A DNA stretch of 64,000 nucleotides, from NCBI GenBank assembly GCA_900546495.1, contig URDN01000005.1, positions 16,631-80,630 on the forward strand. Reading direction: 5' to 3'. Below the pieces are notes generated by a model that saw only the letters and a program-made list of their open reading frames with translations, was not told the origin of the DNA and made no database searches. Source of the stretch: an uncultured Lachnospiraceae bacterium (GTDB taxonomy: Bacteria > Bacillota > Clostridia > Lachnospirales > Lachnospiraceae). Below, one piece after another: positions 8,435 to 19,621 of this stretch. The stretch's first letter is position 1. The number at the start of each line of letters is the position of its first letter. Position numbers and translations under genes: made by a program.

Positions 8435-9586
8435 TTATAATAGAAATTCCGACAGCACATAGTTGCTGACATCTATCCCATATTCCGTCAGGCGCACATA
8501 ACCTGCCACTTCTTCAATCAACTGCTCACTTTTTAGCTTCCGAAGCACCTCTCCATAGACACTGTCCAGTGTGACCTGAAATGTTTTTTCAAACTGCTGT
8601 CGGGAGATTCCTGTCATCAGGCGCAGACCAAGAAACATAAATTCTTCCATCTCGGACTTTTTATCTAAGGTTTCTGTATGGATATGATGATACTCCTGTT
8701 CCAGATATTCTTTTAGATCTGAAGTGTTTTGAAACCTTTGATGCCCCACTAAGGAAGATGCTCCCAGTCCCAGTCCCAAATAATCTTTTCGGGTCCAATA
8801 ACCGCAGTTATGCCGACATTCGCTCCCCGGCTTTGCATAGTTGGATATCTCATACCGCTCATATCCTTTCGTATGCAAAAAGCGTTGCGTCAGTTCATAC
8901 ATCTGCCTCTCAATTGCTTCCTCCGGAAGCAGTCGCGGATGTCCGCCTTCCTCCCGAATCCGCTCATCTTCCGCAAAACGCTCGTAAAACGGCGTTCCTT
9001 CCTCAATAATCAGGCTGTATGCAGAAATATGCTCCGGGCGCAATGCCGTTACCTTTTGTAATGTATTCTGCCAGCTTTTCAATGTCTGTCCCGGCAGGGC
9101 CGACATCAGATCCACATTGATATTTTCAAATCCGGCTTTCCGCGCCAGATCATAACTTTCTAGGAACTGCGCAAAATTATGGATTCGTCCCAGAAGCTGC
9201 AATTCTCTGTCATCCGCGGACTGCAGACCCATACTAAGCCGGTTAAATCCCGCCTGCACCAGTTTTTCCGCCTTACCCGCTGTCAATGTACCCGGATTAC
9301 ATTCCACGGTAATCTCTGCATCTGCAACTAAACGAAAATACTTCTTTACCGTTTCCAATATAGCAGCAAGCTGATATCCTTCCAGAATCGTCGGTGTACC
9401 ACCGCCCAAAAAGATACTGCTCACCTGATATTCCTCAAATTCCGAACCATAATATGCAATTTCTTCCTGCAACTTCTTTATATAAGAAATCCGCACCGGC
9501 AGATCAGCCGGTGCAGATAAAAAATCACAGTATGCACATTTTCGTTCACAAAAAGGAATATGAAGATATAATTCTAACTCTTTCAT
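8435..9586 (-). CDS. hemW: Radical SAM heme chaperone HemW (HemN-like)
   Basis: LYLHIPFCERKCAYCDF (CxxxCxxC), GGGTPT, YEISNY, HN..YW; directly downstream of lepA as in Firmicutes. Confidence 0.92.
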   Translation of the reverse strand: MKELELYLHIPFCERKCAYCDFLSAPADLPVRISYIKKLQEEIAYYGSEFEEYQVSSIFLGGGTPTILEGYQLAAILETVKKYFRLVADAEITVECNPGTLTAGKAEKLVQAGFNRLSMGLQSADDRELQLLGRIHNFAQFLESYDLARKAGFENINVDLMSALPGQTLKSWQNTLQKVTALRPEHISAYSLIIEEGTPFYERFAEDERIREEGGHPRLLPEEAIERQMYELTQRFLHTKGYERYEISNYAKPGSECRHNCGYWTRKDYLGLGLGASSLVGHQRFQNTSDLKEYLEQEYHHIHTETLDKKSEMEEFMFLGLRLMTGISRQQFEKTFQVTLDSVYGEVLRKLKSEQLIEEVAGYVRLTEYGIDVSNYVLSEFLL

Positions 9587-9676
9587 ATATTTCCCCTAAT
9601 AATTACGCTTCTTTACATCATCCTCATATTCATTTCCGAATATACAATAAATCATATAAATAACGTAACTTGCTTC

Positions 9677-11485
9677 TTATTTATCATCCAGTTTCAGAAC
9701 ACTCATAAATGCTTTCTGTGGAATCTCTACATTTCCGACCTGGCGCATACGTTTTTTACCTTCCTTCTGTTTCTCCAGAAGTTTTCTCTTTCGGGAAATA
9801 TCACCGCCGTAACATTTTGCCAGTACGTCCTTACGCATCGCGCGTACAGTCTCGCGGGCGATTACTTTTCCACCGACTGCTGCCTGAATCGGAATTTCAA
9901 ACAGATGACGCGGAATTTCCTCTTTTAACTTCTCGCACATCTTGCGGCCACGCTCATACGCACTGCCGGAGAATACGATAAAGGAAAGTGCATCCACTTC
10001 TTCTTTATTAATAAGGATATCCAGTTTTACCAGATCAGAACGGGTGTAACCTTTCATCTCATAGTCAAAAGAAGCATATCCTCTGGAACGGGATTTCAAC
10101 GCATCAAAGAAATCATAAATGATCTCATTCAACGGCAGATCGTATTTGATCAGTGCACGCGTCTCCTCCATATATTCCATGCTGATATAGATACCGCGGC
10201 GTTCCTGACACAAATCCATGATAGCACCAATGTACTCACTGGTTACCATGATCTCTGCACTTACCATTGGTTCTTCCATATAATCAATCTCGGACGGATC
10301 CGGCATATTGGACGGGTTGGTCAGATCCATCACGGTTCCATCCGTCTTGTGTACTTTGTAAATAACACCCGGTGCTGTCGTTACCAGATCCAGGTTATAT
10401 TCGCGTTCCAGACGTTCCTGAATAATTTCCAGATGCAGCAGACCAAGGAATCCACAACGGAAACCAAATCCCAGTGCCGCAGATGTCTCCGGTTCAAACT
10501 GCAGGGCTGCATCATTTAACTGAAGTTTTTCCAGTGCATCACGCAGATCCGGATATTTTGCACCATCAGATGGATACAGACCACAGTAAACCATCGGGTT
10601 TACTTTCTTATATCCCGGTAATGGCTCAGCACACGGTTTGGAACGGTTAGTAATCGTATCACCCACGCGGGTATCCTGTACATTCTTAATACTGGCAGTA
10701 ATATAGCCTACCATACCGGCAGACAATTCTTCACACGGAATAAACTGACCGGCACCAAAATAACCAACTTCCACAACATCTGCCGTCGCTCCTGTCGCCA
10801 TCATTTTGATCGGTGTACCGACGCGGACGGTTCCCTCTTTGATACGACAGAAAACAATAACACCTTTGTACGCATCGTACAGAGAGTCAAAGATCAATGC
10901 CTGCAGTGGTGCCTTCGGATCTCCCGTCGGAGCCGGGATTTTCTCCACAATCTGCTCCAGTACCTGATCTACATTCAGACCTGTTTTTGCGGAAATCTGT
11001 GGTGCATCATGAGCTTCCAAACCGATGACATCCTCGATTTCCTCAATGACGCGCTCCGGATCCGCACTCGGCAGATCGATCTTGTTAATAACCGGCATAA
11101 CATCCAAGTCATGATCCAGTGCCAGATATACGTTCGCCAGCGTCTGTGCCTCGATACCCTGTGCCGCATCCACGACAAGAATTGCACCGTCACAGGCTGC
11201 CAGGCTTCGTGAAACCTCATAGTTGAAATCCACATGACCCGGCGTATCGATCAGATTGAAGATATACTCCTCCCCGTCTTTTGCCTTATAAATAATACGA
11301 ACCGTCTGCGCTTTGATGGTAATACCACGCTCACGCTCCAGATCCATATTGTCCAGCACCTGAGACTGCATCTCACGGCTGGTCAACAGTCCTGTCATTT
11401 CGATGATTCGGTCTGCCAGGGTAGATTTACCATGATCAATATGTGCAATAATACAAAAATTTCTGATTTTACTCTGATCTATCAC
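9677..11485 (-). CDS. lepA: Elongation factor 4 (LepA)
   Basis: [33 protein letters not shown]-terminal [24 protein letters not shown]. Confidence 0.99.
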   Translation of the reverse strand: MIDQSKIRNFCIIAHIDHGKSTLADRIIEMTGLLTSREMQSQVLDNMDLERERGITIKAQTVRIIYKAKDGEEYIFNLIDTPGHVDFNYEVSRSLAACDGAILVVDAAQGIEAQTLANVYLALDHDLDVMPVINKIDLPSADPERVIEEIEDVIGLEAHDAPQISAKTGLNVDQVLEQIVEKIPAPTGDPKAPLQALIFDSLYDAYKGVIVFCRIKEGTVRVGTPIKMMATGATADVVEVGYFGAGQFIPCEELSAGMVGYITASIKNVQDTRVGDTITNRSKPCAEPLPGYKKVNPMVYCGLYPSDGAKYPDLRDALEKLQLNDAALQFEPETSAALGFGFRCGFLGLLHLEIIQERLEREYNLDLVTTAPGVIYKVHKTDGTVMDLTNPSNMPDPSEIDYMEEPMVSAEIMVTSEYIGAIMDLCQERRGIYISMEYMEETRALIKYDLPLNEIIYDFFDALKSRSRGYASFDYEMKGYTRSDLVKLDILINKEEVDALSFIVFSGSAYERGRKMCEKLKEEIPRHLFEIPIQAAVGGKVIARETVRAMRKDVLAKCYGGDISRKRKLLEKQKEGKKRMRQVGNVEIPQKAFMSVLKLDDK

Positions 11486-11779
11486 TAAAATTCCTCCATA
11501 TTTTTGTTATCTGATCTATGCAATTATTTCGCAATTCATTTACGAATGCGCATAACATCCCAATATTAACTATAATTTTAACATTGAACCCGGGAAATAG
11601 CAAGTTTTACATAAGTTCCCATGGAATAATTCATATTTTTTATGTCACAGCTCACTCATCACATGGATTCAGGTAATGATCATGCTTGCATGAGGAATTA
11701 CCTGGATACATAGTGATGAAGGGAGCGCCTTTTTATGAGCAAAAACAGTAGCAAAGCTACGGAGAAGCCCGAAAGGGCG

Positions 11780-11802
11780 TTTTGCGAATGGCGCGTGTAA
11801 AC
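11780..11802. repeat. 23-bp repeat terminus (family B) preceded by small hairpins
   Basis: TTTTGCGAATGGCGCGTGTAAAC, preceded by GTAGC-AAA-GCTAC and GCCC-GAAA-GGGC hairpins. Confidence 0.85.
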
Positions 11803-11834
11803 TGTAACTTTTTTATTTCCTTATCTTCGTTTCC

Positions 11835-11863
11835 TTGATTTGTCGTTTTTTTGATGGTATGAT
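11835..11863 (+). promoter_or_regulatory. SigA-type promoter for the malic enzyme operon
   Basis: TTGATT-17bp-TATGAT with TG extended -10 element. Confidence 0.6.
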
Positions 11864-11895
11864 AGGCAGGAAATGAATGCAAAGGAGCAAAGAAA

Positions 11896-13050
11896 ATGGA
11901 CGTTAATGAAAAAGCTTTAGAATTACATAAACAGTGGAATGGAAAACTTACCACAGAAGCAAAATCTCCGGTAAAAACCCGCGAAGATTTATCCCTTGCC
12001 TATACACCGGGTGTTGCAGAGCCTTGTAAAGTCATTGCAAAAGATCCTGCTGCTGCCTACACCTACACAATGAAAGCAAATACCGTTGCCGTTGTTTCTG
12101 ACGGAAGTGCCGTTCTCGGCCTCGGAAATATCGGTGCCCTTGCCGCTATGCCGGTTATGGAAGGAAAATGTGTACTGTTCAAAGAATTTGCAGATGTAAA
12201 TGCAGTTCCGATTGTTCTGGATACACAGGATACCGATGAGATCATCCGTACCGTTGCAAACATCGCACCGACTTTCGGCGGCATCAATCTGGAAGATATC
12301 TCTGCACCAAGATGTTTTGAGATTGAAGAAAAATTAAAATCCATGCTGGATATCCCGGTTTTCCATGATGATCAGCACGGTACTGCCATCGTTGTTCTCG
12401 CTGGTATCATCAATGGTCTGCGCGTGACAGGCAAGAAAAAAGAAGACTGCCGTGTCGTTGTAAACGGTGCCGGTTCTGCCGGAGTTGCCATCACAAAATT
12501 ACTGCTCACCTACGGTTTCAAACACGTAACCATGTGTGACAAACTTGGTATCATCGGCAAAGATTATCCGGATCTGAACTGGATGCAGCAGAAAATGACA
12601 GAAGTAACAAACTTAGAAAACCAGACTGGCTCTTTAGCAGATGCTCTGCGCGGTGCTGATATTTTTGTCGGTGTTTCTGCTCCGAATATCGTATCTGCAG
12701 AAATGGTTGCTTCTATGAATAAAGATGCCATCCTCTTTGCTATGGCAAATCCGGTTCCGGAGATCATGCCGGATGTTGCAAAAGCAGCCGGTGCAAAAGT
12801 TGTTGGAACAGGAAGAAGTGATTTTCCAAATCAGGTAAACAACGTTATCGCATTCCCTGGTATCTTCAAAGGTGCACTGGAGGGACATGCACGTCAGATC
12901 ACAGAAGAAATGAAACTTGCTGCCGCAAAAGCCATTGCCGGACTTGTCAGCGATGAAGAATTAGATGAAGACTTCATTATGCCGGAGCCGTTTGATCCAC
13001 GTGTTTCAGATGTTGTCAGTCAGGCAGTAAAATCTCATATCGAAGCATAA
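11896..13050 (+). CDS. NAD(P)-dependent malic enzyme
   Basis: LSLAYTPGVAEPC, VMEGK, GGINLEDI, FHDDQHGTA, GAGSAG, ANPVPEI, TGRSDFPNQVNN. Confidence 0.96.
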   Translation: MDVNEKALELHKQWNGKLTTEAKSPVKTREDLSLAYTPGVAEPCKVIAKDPAAAYTYTMKANTVAVVSDGSAVLGLGNIGALAAMPVMEGKCVLFKEFADVNAVPIVLDTQDTDEIIRTVANIAPTFGGINLEDISAPRCFEIEEKLKSMLDIPVFHDDQHGTAIVVLAGIINGLRVTGKKKEDCRVVVNGAGSAGVAITKLLLTYGFKHVTMCDKLGIIGKDYPDLNWMQQKMTEVTNLENQTGSLADALRGADIFVGVSAPNIVSAEMVASMNKDAILFAMANPVPEIMPDVAKAAGAKVVGTGRSDFPNQVNNVIAFPGIFKGALEGHARQITEEMKLAAAKAIAGLVSDEELDEDFIMPEPFDPRVSDVVSQAVKSHIEA

Positions 13051-13054
13051 GATT

Positions 13055-13969
13055 ATGAATGCAAACCGCTATTATTCACTGGATACTTATTTAAAAGAAA
13101 CTTTCGGCGAAAAAGTATATCGTATTTCCTTAAATGGCGGCATGACCTGTCCAAATCGTGACGGAACAAAAGGAACCCGCGGCTGCATCTTCTGCAGTCG
13201 CGGTGGTTCCGGTGATTTTGCGGAAAACAGTCTGTTATCTGTAACCGAACAGATTGAAGCCGGTCGCAAAAAACTCGCGTCCAAGACAAACTGTCGCAAA
13301 TTCATTGCTTATTTTCAGGCATATACGAATACATATGCACCGGTATCGTATCTCCGCCCACTATTTATGGAAGCAATTCTGCATCCCGACATCGTCGTTC
13401 TCTCTGTTGCCACCCGCCCGGACTGTATCACACCGGAAACCCTTTCTCTTTTATCGGAATTGAATGAGATAAAACCTGTGTGGATCGAATTTGGACTTCA
13501 GACAATTCATGATGAAACTGCCGCCTTTATCCGCAGGGAATTTTCTCTTTCCTGCTATGAACAGGCAGTTGCAGAACTGAAACGTCGGGATATTTCTGTG
13601 ATCAGTCATATCATTCTCGGTCTGCCCGGTGAAACAATGAAACAGATGTTAGAAACCGTGGACTATGTGGCATATTCCGGAATTTCCGGTGTCAAGCTGC
13701 AGTTATTGCATGTGTTATCCGACACAGATCTGGCAGATTACTATGCCACACATCCGTTTCCTCTTTTTTCCATGGAAGATTATTGCGATTTCATCGTAAC
13801 ATGTCTGGAACATCTGCCACCTTCCATGGTTGTACACAGAATTACCGGAGACGGACCGCGCAAACTTCTGATAGCACCATTATGGAGTACCGACAAAAAG
13901 AGAGTGTTGAACACTATTCATCGAAGACTCCGGGAACGCGATGCCTATCAGGGAGCCGATTTTACATAG
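13055..13969 (+). CDS. TIGR01212/YhcC-family radical SAM protein
   Basis: GGMTCPNRDG...GCIFC, YFQAYTNTY, TRPDC, HRITGD. Confidence 0.92.
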   Translation: MNANRYYSLDTYLKETFGEKVYRISLNGGMTCPNRDGTKGTRGCIFCSRGGSGDFAENSLLSVTEQIEAGRKKLASKTNCRKFIAYFQAYTNTYAPVSYLRPLFMEAILHPDIVVLSVATRPDCITPETLSLLSELNEIKPVWIEFGLQTIHDETAAFIRREFSLSCYEQAVAELKRRDISVISHIILGLPGETMKQMLETVDYVAYSGISGVKLQLLHVLSDTDLADYYATHPFPLFSMEDYCDFIVTCLEHLPPSMVVHRITGDGPRKLLIAPLWSTDKKRVLNTIHRRLRERDAYQGADFT

Positions 13970-13982
13970 AAAGAAGGAACCT

Positions 13983-14498
13983 ATGTCAGATTTACATACT
14001 ATGTATCGTGTGATGATTTTGTATATGTTAAATCAGGTGGAATATCCACTGACCAACACACAGATTACAAACTTCATTCTGGAAAAAGAGTATACGAATT
14101 ATTTTAAGGTTCAGGAGATTCTGTCTGACCTGATTTCTTCCCAATTGATCACCGCAGAACCTACCCACAACAATACCCGTTACCGAATTACTCCATATGG
14201 ACAGGAGACACTGAGATTTTTCCATGTAAAAATATCGGATGCGATCAAAGAAGATATCCGCACTTATTTTGTGAAACATAATTTTGATCTGAAACAGGAA
14301 ACTTCTGTCTATGCCGATTATTATAAAGTTCCCGGAGAAGGATATGCCGTGCGCTGCCGCATTCGAAATCTCGAGGCAGATATCGTGGACCTGACACTTC
14401 ATGTTTCCGGCAGACAACAGGCAGAAGCAGTCTGTCTGAACTGGAAAAAGAATCATTTTCCCATTTATGAGACATTAATGGATACTTTGCTCAAATAA
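13983..14498 (+). CDS. DUF4364-family winged-helix-like protein
   Basis: ILYMLNQVEYPLTNTQITNFILEKEYTNYF...QAEAVCLNW pattern. Start after AGAAGGA RBS. Confidence 0.75.
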   Translation: MSDLHTMYRVMILYMLNQVEYPLTNTQITNFILEKEYTNYFKVQEILSDLISSQLITAEPTHNNTRYRITPYGQETLRFFHVKISDAIKEDIRTYFVKHNFDLKQETSVYADYYKVPGEGYAVRCRIRNLEADIVDLTLHVSGRQQAEAVCLNWKKNHFPIYETLMDTLLK

Positions 14499-14499
14499 C

Positions 14500-14561
14500 A
14501 AGAACGTATCACATTTCAACATTTTGTCTGCACGACACTATATTGAAAATGATACGTTCTT
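14500..14561. terminator. Inverted repeat / terminator between convergent genes
   Basis: AAGAACGTATCA...TGATACGTTCTT followed by a T run. Confidence 0.7.
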
Positions 14562-14620
14562 TTTTTATTCTTTTACGACACTAAATTTTTCCTACAGATT
14601 CTGTGAATATACATGGGTTC

Positions 14621-15187
14621 TTATTTCTGTTTCTTCACACTATAGCCAAAGGAACCGATTTTTTTTCCAAGTTCAAAATATTCTCCATGAGAATATGCGG
14701 TCAATCCAATATCATTGAGATGGAATTTTCCCTTTTCATCCATATATTTCGGATTGACAGAAACTGCTGTCACCTCTGCCAGAAACATATCATGGGAACC
14801 AAGTTCGATGATCTGTTTTACTTTGCACTCAATGCTAACCGGGCTTTCTGCAATTCCCGGTGCCGCAATGGTTTTGGACTCACAAGGCGTCAGATTCATC
14901 TCTTTGAATTTGTCTACATCTCTGCCGGATTTAACCCCGCAATAATCGGTGGCAAACGTCAGATCGTTGGTTGTCAGATTGATCACAAACTCGCTGGTTT
15001 CTTTGATAATTTCATAAGAATAACGCTCTTTTCGTACGGAAATAGACACCATTGCCGGATCAGAGCAGATAGTTCCTGCCCATGCCACGGTAATAATGTT
15101 CGGTCTCTCATCCGGACGCTTACAGCTGATCATAACTGCCGGTACCGGATACAACATATTTCCCGGTTTCCAAAATTCTCTTTCCAT
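14621..15187 (-). CDS. Flavin reductase (flavoredoxin-like) family protein
   Basis: LYPVPAVMIS, NIITVAWAG, DYCGVKSGRDVDK, ECKV...GSHDMF. Confidence 0.9.
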   Translation of the reverse strand: MEREFWKPGNMLYPVPAVMISCKRPDERPNIITVAWAGTICSDPAMVSISVRKERYSYEIIKETSEFVINLTTNDLTFATDYCGVKSGRDVDKFKEMNLTPCESKTIAAPGIAESPVSIECKVKQIIELGSHDMFLAEVTAVSVNPKYMDEKGKFHLNDIGLTAYSHGEYFELGKKIGSFGYSVKKQK

Positions 15188-15276
15188 ATCGCTCTCCTGC
15201 TTTTTTCAAACTTTCTATCCATATTCTTTTCAGATGCATTTTCTTAAAAGTTCTGAAAAATCTCTGTCAAACTTCC

Positions 15277-16932
15277 CTACTGATCCTGCATCGCAGACAT
15301 AAACATTGGAATTAACTGTTTCTTTCTGGATACTACGCCTTTCAGCACATGGTATACGCCCTCTTTGTGTACCGGAAATGCTTTTTCCACCAATTCATTC
15401 GCATGCTCTCCCTCACAGATCAGATAAGTGGTCTCCTCGATGATATTAGTCAGCATCACGAATACCATTTCAATTTTTCGTTCAGCCATCGCTTCCCGCA
15501 GATACGGAAGCAGTTTGTCTCTGACCTGATCCAGCTCATCCTGTGTCATAGCACTAATCTGACCTACACCAAAATCTACGCCATTCTGACTGAAGGTCTT
15601 GAAATCCTGATAGAAGATTTCTTCCGGAGTCTTGCTTCCGAAATCACTTCCCGCCTGGAACATTGCTTTTGCATGCCCTTCAGTATTGATTCCGGCAATT
15701 CCTGCAAGCTCCTCTGCCACTGCTTTATCTAACAGAGTACAGGTAGGAGAACGGTACATCAGTGTATCAGACAAAATTGCAGAGCAAAGCAGTCCTGCGA
15801 TGTTTTTGTTAATCTCCACATTCTGCTCACGATACATCTGATAAATGATCGTTGCAGTACAACCAAGAGGCTGATTACGGAAAAATACCGGAGAAATCGT
15901 CTCCAGACTTCCAATTCTGTGGTGATCGATGATTTCCAGAATATCAGCGCCGCTGATTCCGTCAACTGCCTGTGTTTTTTCATTATGATCCACCAGAATC
16001 AACTGTTTCTTCTTCATATTCAACAGGTTTCGTCTGGAAATCATTCCTACATATTTTCCATCATTATCTAAAACCGGGAAATCACGATGTTTCTCTTTTG
16101 ACATAATCTCACGCACATCGTCAATATATTCCTCAAGTTCAAAGGTAACAAGCTGATCCCGACGCATGAAAAACTTGATCGGCATACTCTGGTTGACCAG
16201 ACGTGCTGCCGTATAAGTATCATAATCTGTAGTAATTACTACACAGTTTCTCTCCGCAGCCATTTTGATGATAGATTTCGGAACCTGCGGACTTCCTGCA
16301 ATGATCAGACAGCTTGCATTACATTCCAACGCACAAACCTGTGCATCATAACGGTTACCCATGATAACCAGATCATCGTCATCCAGAAATTGCTCCATTG
16401 TCTCTGGATTTGCAGAGCCGACCACAACTTTTCCCTTCATAAAATAAGCATGTTCGTTTCCACAAAGCAACTGACCATCCAAAGTATCTACAATATTCTG
16501 ATACTGTGTTTTCGCTCTGGACAAAATACTGTTATCATAGACATCCATATAGGAAGTTGCAATATCACCGGTAATGATCAGACCTTCCAGATTATTATCT
16601 GCATCTGTAACCGGTAATGTTACAACATTTTGTTCTTTCATCATTTCCCATGCACGTTTCAGAGAAATTTTCCCGCTGACACCCGGTGTCTTTCGGATTT
16701 CAATATCTTTTACCTGGGCACCTACATCTGTAATCAGTCCCGGAGATTTCACTCCAAAGGTCTTCAGCACATATTTGGTTTCTTCATTTAATTCTCCCGC
16801 ACGTTTTGCTTCGTAACGCCCCTCATCTGACTGATTCTTTAAATTTGCATATGCAATCGCCGCGCAGATAGAATCTGTGTCCGGATTCTTATGACCAACG
16901 ACCCATACTTTCTTCTTTTCCTCTATAGCCAT
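15277..16932 (-). CDS. ppaC: Mn-dependent family II inorganic pyrophosphatase with CBS and DRTGG domains
   Basis: GHKNPDTDS, LVDHNE, DHH, SDTL, C-terminal VVSRKKQ; CBS-DRTGG-CBS insert. Start MAIEE after AGGAGAG. Confidence 0.93.
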   Translation of the reverse strand: MAIEEKKKVWVVGHKNPDTDSICAAIAYANLKNQSDEGRYEAKRAGELNEETKYVLKTFGVKSPGLITDVGAQVKDIEIRKTPGVSGKISLKRAWEMMKEQNVVTLPVTDADNNLEGLIITGDIATSYMDVYDNSILSRAKTQYQNIVDTLDGQLLCGNEHAYFMKGKVVVGSANPETMEQFLDDDDLVIMGNRYDAQVCALECNASCLIIAGSPQVPKSIIKMAAERNCVVITTDYDTYTAARLVNQSMPIKFFMRRDQLVTFELEEYIDDVREIMSKEKHRDFPVLDNDGKYVGMISRRNLLNMKKKQLILVDHNEKTQAVDGISGADILEIIDHHRIGSLETISPVFFRNQPLGCTATIIYQMYREQNVEINKNIAGLLCSAILSDTLMYRSPTCTLLDKAVAEELAGIAGINTEGHAKAMFQAGSDFGSKTPEEIFYQDFKTFSQNGVDFGVGQISAMTQDELDQVRDKLLPYLREAMAERKIEMVFVMLTNIIEETTYLICEGEHANELVEKAFPVHKEGVYHVLKGVVSRKKQLIPMFMSAMQDQ

Positions 16933-17019
16933 ATTATCGGTTGCTCTCCTATACCCTTTATTTTGGGAACAGTCCTCTTCCATTCCCACCTCAATTAAGT
17001 CAATTAATAAACGTGTAAC

Positions 17020-17046
17020 TACCCAGTGCATTTCTGTCACTGGGTA
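17020..17046 (-). terminator. Putative terminator after the CdaR/PucR regulator
   Basis: TACCCAGTG...CACTGGGTA hairpin just downstream of the stop. Confidence 0.45.
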
Positions 17047-17051
17047 TTTTT

Positions 17052-18170
17052 TCATTGTATCACTTCATTTTTATTTTGGCAACTACCTAATACGCTATTT
17101 CTGTGAGTTCTTACCATCATTGCAATTTTAAACAACATGGCATCTTCAAACGTACGGATATCCAAACTAATCTTCTTCTCAATCCGTTCCAGACGATACA
17201 CCAGAGTATTTCGGTGAATATATAACTGGCGGGCAGTCTCTGAAATATTCAGATTATTGTCAAAAAGCTGACGGATTGTTGCCATCGTTTCCTCATCCAG
17301 TTCCATATCCGCATGTTCTCCCAGAACCTCTTCTAAAAACAGATCACACATTTCTACAGAAAGCTGCGAAATCAGTCGTCCAAGTCCAAGTCTTCTATAA
17401 TAAAACACCCGTTCATCATCCGTGAATACCATGCCAACCTTAAGTGCCATGGATGCCTGACGATATTTTTCATGGAACAGGACAAAATCTTCCGCGGCAT
17501 CGGTATATCCGACCCATGCATTGCACATAGCTTCCATCTGCAAGTTGTCAATGATTCTTCTGGCAAACTGATCATTTTCCACATCGATTCCACGGACATT
17601 TTTGATAAGCACCATTTTCTTATCATCCACGTCAATCAGATAATCCACCCCATACACCACAAACATGTTTTTCAGCATTTCCAGAACAATCTCATTCTGT
17701 TCATCTGCAAACTGAATCACAAAAATCATGTATGTTCCATTCTTCATCCGAATCTGATGCCTTTTTTCCTGGATCTGCTGTTCGGAAAAATCACCATTTA
17801 GCAGCTGTCTCAGGAAATTAATCTCATTGGTTGGCTCCTGTGATGCCAAATAGAGATTCCGGATCTGGCAGCATGCCATCTGCCCGATGACATACGAAGC
17901 ATCACCGGCTCCATTGTTGCTTACAAGCAAAATGTTCTCTGTCTGATCATTGATCTCAATTTTTAAAAAGATCCAATTCTGGATTGTCTGACTGTCTGCC
18001 ATAGATTTTGCAAACAAAACAACCAGCTCCTGAACCTTTTCTTTCAGATCAGGTACCGTAGAGGCCAGCATTTTTCCCCTTTTATTGAACAGCACAAAAT
18101 CCATACGGGAGATCTGTTTCATTTCTTTTAACGCCTGTGCCAGTTTCTTTCCGGGTAAACGTTGTTCCAA
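17052..18170 (-). CDS. CdaR/PucR-family transcriptional regulator
   Basis: C-terminal HTH 'NNLNISETARQLYIHRNTLVYRLERIEK'. Confidence 0.88.
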   Translation of the reverse strand: MEQRLPGKKLAQALKEMKQISRMDFVLFNKRGKMLASTVPDLKEKVQELVVLFAKSMADSQTIQNWIFLKIEINDQTENILLVSNNGAGDASYVIGQMACCQIRNLYLASQEPTNEINFLRQLLNGDFSEQQIQEKRHQIRMKNGTYMIFVIQFADEQNEIVLEMLKNMFVVYGVDYLIDVDDKKMVLIKNVRGIDVENDQFARRIIDNLQMEAMCNAWVGYTDAAEDFVLFHEKYRQASMALKVGMVFTDDERVFYYRRLGLGRLISQLSVEMCDLFLEEVLGEHADMELDEETMATIRQLFDNNLNISETARQLYIHRNTLVYRLERIEKKISLDIRTFEDAMLFKIAMMVRTHRNSVLGSCQNKNEVIQ

Positions 18171-18190
18171 TGTCTATCCCTCCTTAAAAT

Positions 18191-18223
18191 GAAAACTGGG
18201 TATGAAACTCATACCCAGTTTTC
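18191..18223 (-). terminator. Hairpin after the sugar ABC ATPase
   Basis: Perfect 15-bp arms GAAAACTGGGTATGA / TCATACCCAGTTTTC. Confidence 0.65.
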
Positions 18224-18287
18224 TATTGCAAAAGTGCACCAACTGTACACTTTTCATTCCTATGCATAATTCTGCATGTTACACTTC

Positions 18288-19400
18288 TTAGTGGGAAATA
18301 ATCTGCTCTGTCTCTTTATCAAAGATATGACCTTTGTCGATATCAAATGCAACGGTCACATCATCACCGTAACGGCAAGGTGTGCTGGAATCAACTTTTG
18401 CAGTCATCGTAACACCATTTGCTGTGTAGTAAAGTAATACTTCAGAACCAAGCAGCTCATATCCGGTACATTTTGCTTTGATTATGTAATCAGCATGTTT
18501 CTGCAGATACTCTGGCTCATCATCCATATCATCCGGACGAATACCAAATACAACTGTTTTTCCGTCATATCCTCCATCTTTTAATGCTTTTGCTTTGTTT
18601 GCAGGCATTACATATGTAGTATCACCATTTGTCAATGTTACTTTATCGCCTTCTACCTTGCATACACAATCCATGAAGTTCATCTGCGGAGATCCGATAA
18701 ATCCTGCAACAAACAGGTTGTCCGGCTCATTGTACAGCTTCTGCGGAGAATCTACCTGCATGATTACGCCATCTTTCATAACAACGATTCTGGTACCAAG
18801 TGTCATAGCCTCAGTCTGATCATGTGTTACATAAATGATAGTTGCACCAAGTCTCTGATGTAAAGAAGAAATCTCAGAACGCATCTGTACTCTTAATTTT
18901 GCATCCAGATTGGAAAGCGGCTCATCCATCAGGAATACTTTTGGCTCACGCACGATAGCACGTCCCATAGCAACACGCTGTCTCTGTCCACCGGAAAGAG
19001 CTTTCGGTTTGCGATCCAGTAATTTCTCAAGGTCAAGTATTCTTGCTGCATTACGAACTTTTTTATCAATCTCATCTTTTGGCACTTTTCTTAATTTTAA
19101 AGCAAATGCCATGTTGTTATATACTGTCATATGAGGATATAAAGCATAATTCTGGAATACCATGGCGATATCTCTGTCTTTCGGCTCAACATCGTTCATT
19201 CTTTTTCCATCAATATCGAACTCACCTTCTGAAATCTCCTCCAGACCAGCAATCATACGAAGTGTTGTAGATTTACCGCATCCGGATGGTCCAACGAAGA
19301 TGATGAACTCTTTATCTGCTACATCCAAAGTAAAGTCTTTTACTGCCTCAAAACCGTTTGGATATCTCTTATAGACATGTTTTAATGATAATTCTGCCAT
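18288..19400 (-). CDS. msmX: Stand-alone multiple-sugar ABC transporter ATPase (MsmX/MsmK/UgpC-like)
   Basis: Walker [42 protein letters not shown]-terminal OB domains. Start after GGAGGG. Confidence 0.93.
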   Translation of the reverse strand: MAELSLKHVYKRYPNGFEAVKDFTLDVADKEFIIFVGPSGCGKSTTLRMIAGLEEISEGEFDIDGKRMNDVEPKDRDIAMVFQNYALYPHMTVYNNMAFALKLRKVPKDEIDKKVRNAARILDLEKLLDRKPKALSGGQRQRVAMGRAIVREPKVFLMDEPLSNLDAKLRVQMRSEISSLHQRLGATIIYVTHDQTEAMTLGTRIVVMKDGVIMQVDSPQKLYNEPDNLFVAGFIGSPQMNFMDCVCKVEGDKVTLTNGDTTYVMPANKAKALKDGGYDGKTVVFGIRPDDMDDEPEYLQKHADYIIKAKCTGYELLGSEVLLYYTANGVTMTAKVDSSTPCRYGDDVTVAFDIDKGHIFDKETEQIISH

Positions 19401-19621
19401 TTTTTTATTACCCTCCATAAAATAATTCTCCACAAAACACCTTGTTTTGCCATGTACTTATACTAACAAATTCTGTACGCTTTGTCATCGGGTATTGTCA
19501 CAAAATTCACATGAAAACCTTGGTATTTCTGCCAGTTTTTTGTTCACCTCTCACAATTTTTCAGTATATTGCCCATATGTTGTTTCTTAGCTTCGTTATT
19601 TTAACGAAACCATTCGGTAAC

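Noticed and set aside
11748..11780. c-di-GMP-I riboswitch (GCAAAGCTAC...GAAA)
   Set aside because: The GGCAAAC P2 stem and the downstream GGTCTAAG/AGCC elements are missing; explained as small repeat hairpins.
7032..11802. Composite transposon bounded by inward-facing family B 23-mers
   Set aside because: The cargo would be housekeeping lepA-hemW-carD, with no transposase and no evident target duplication. More likely two independent solo ends.
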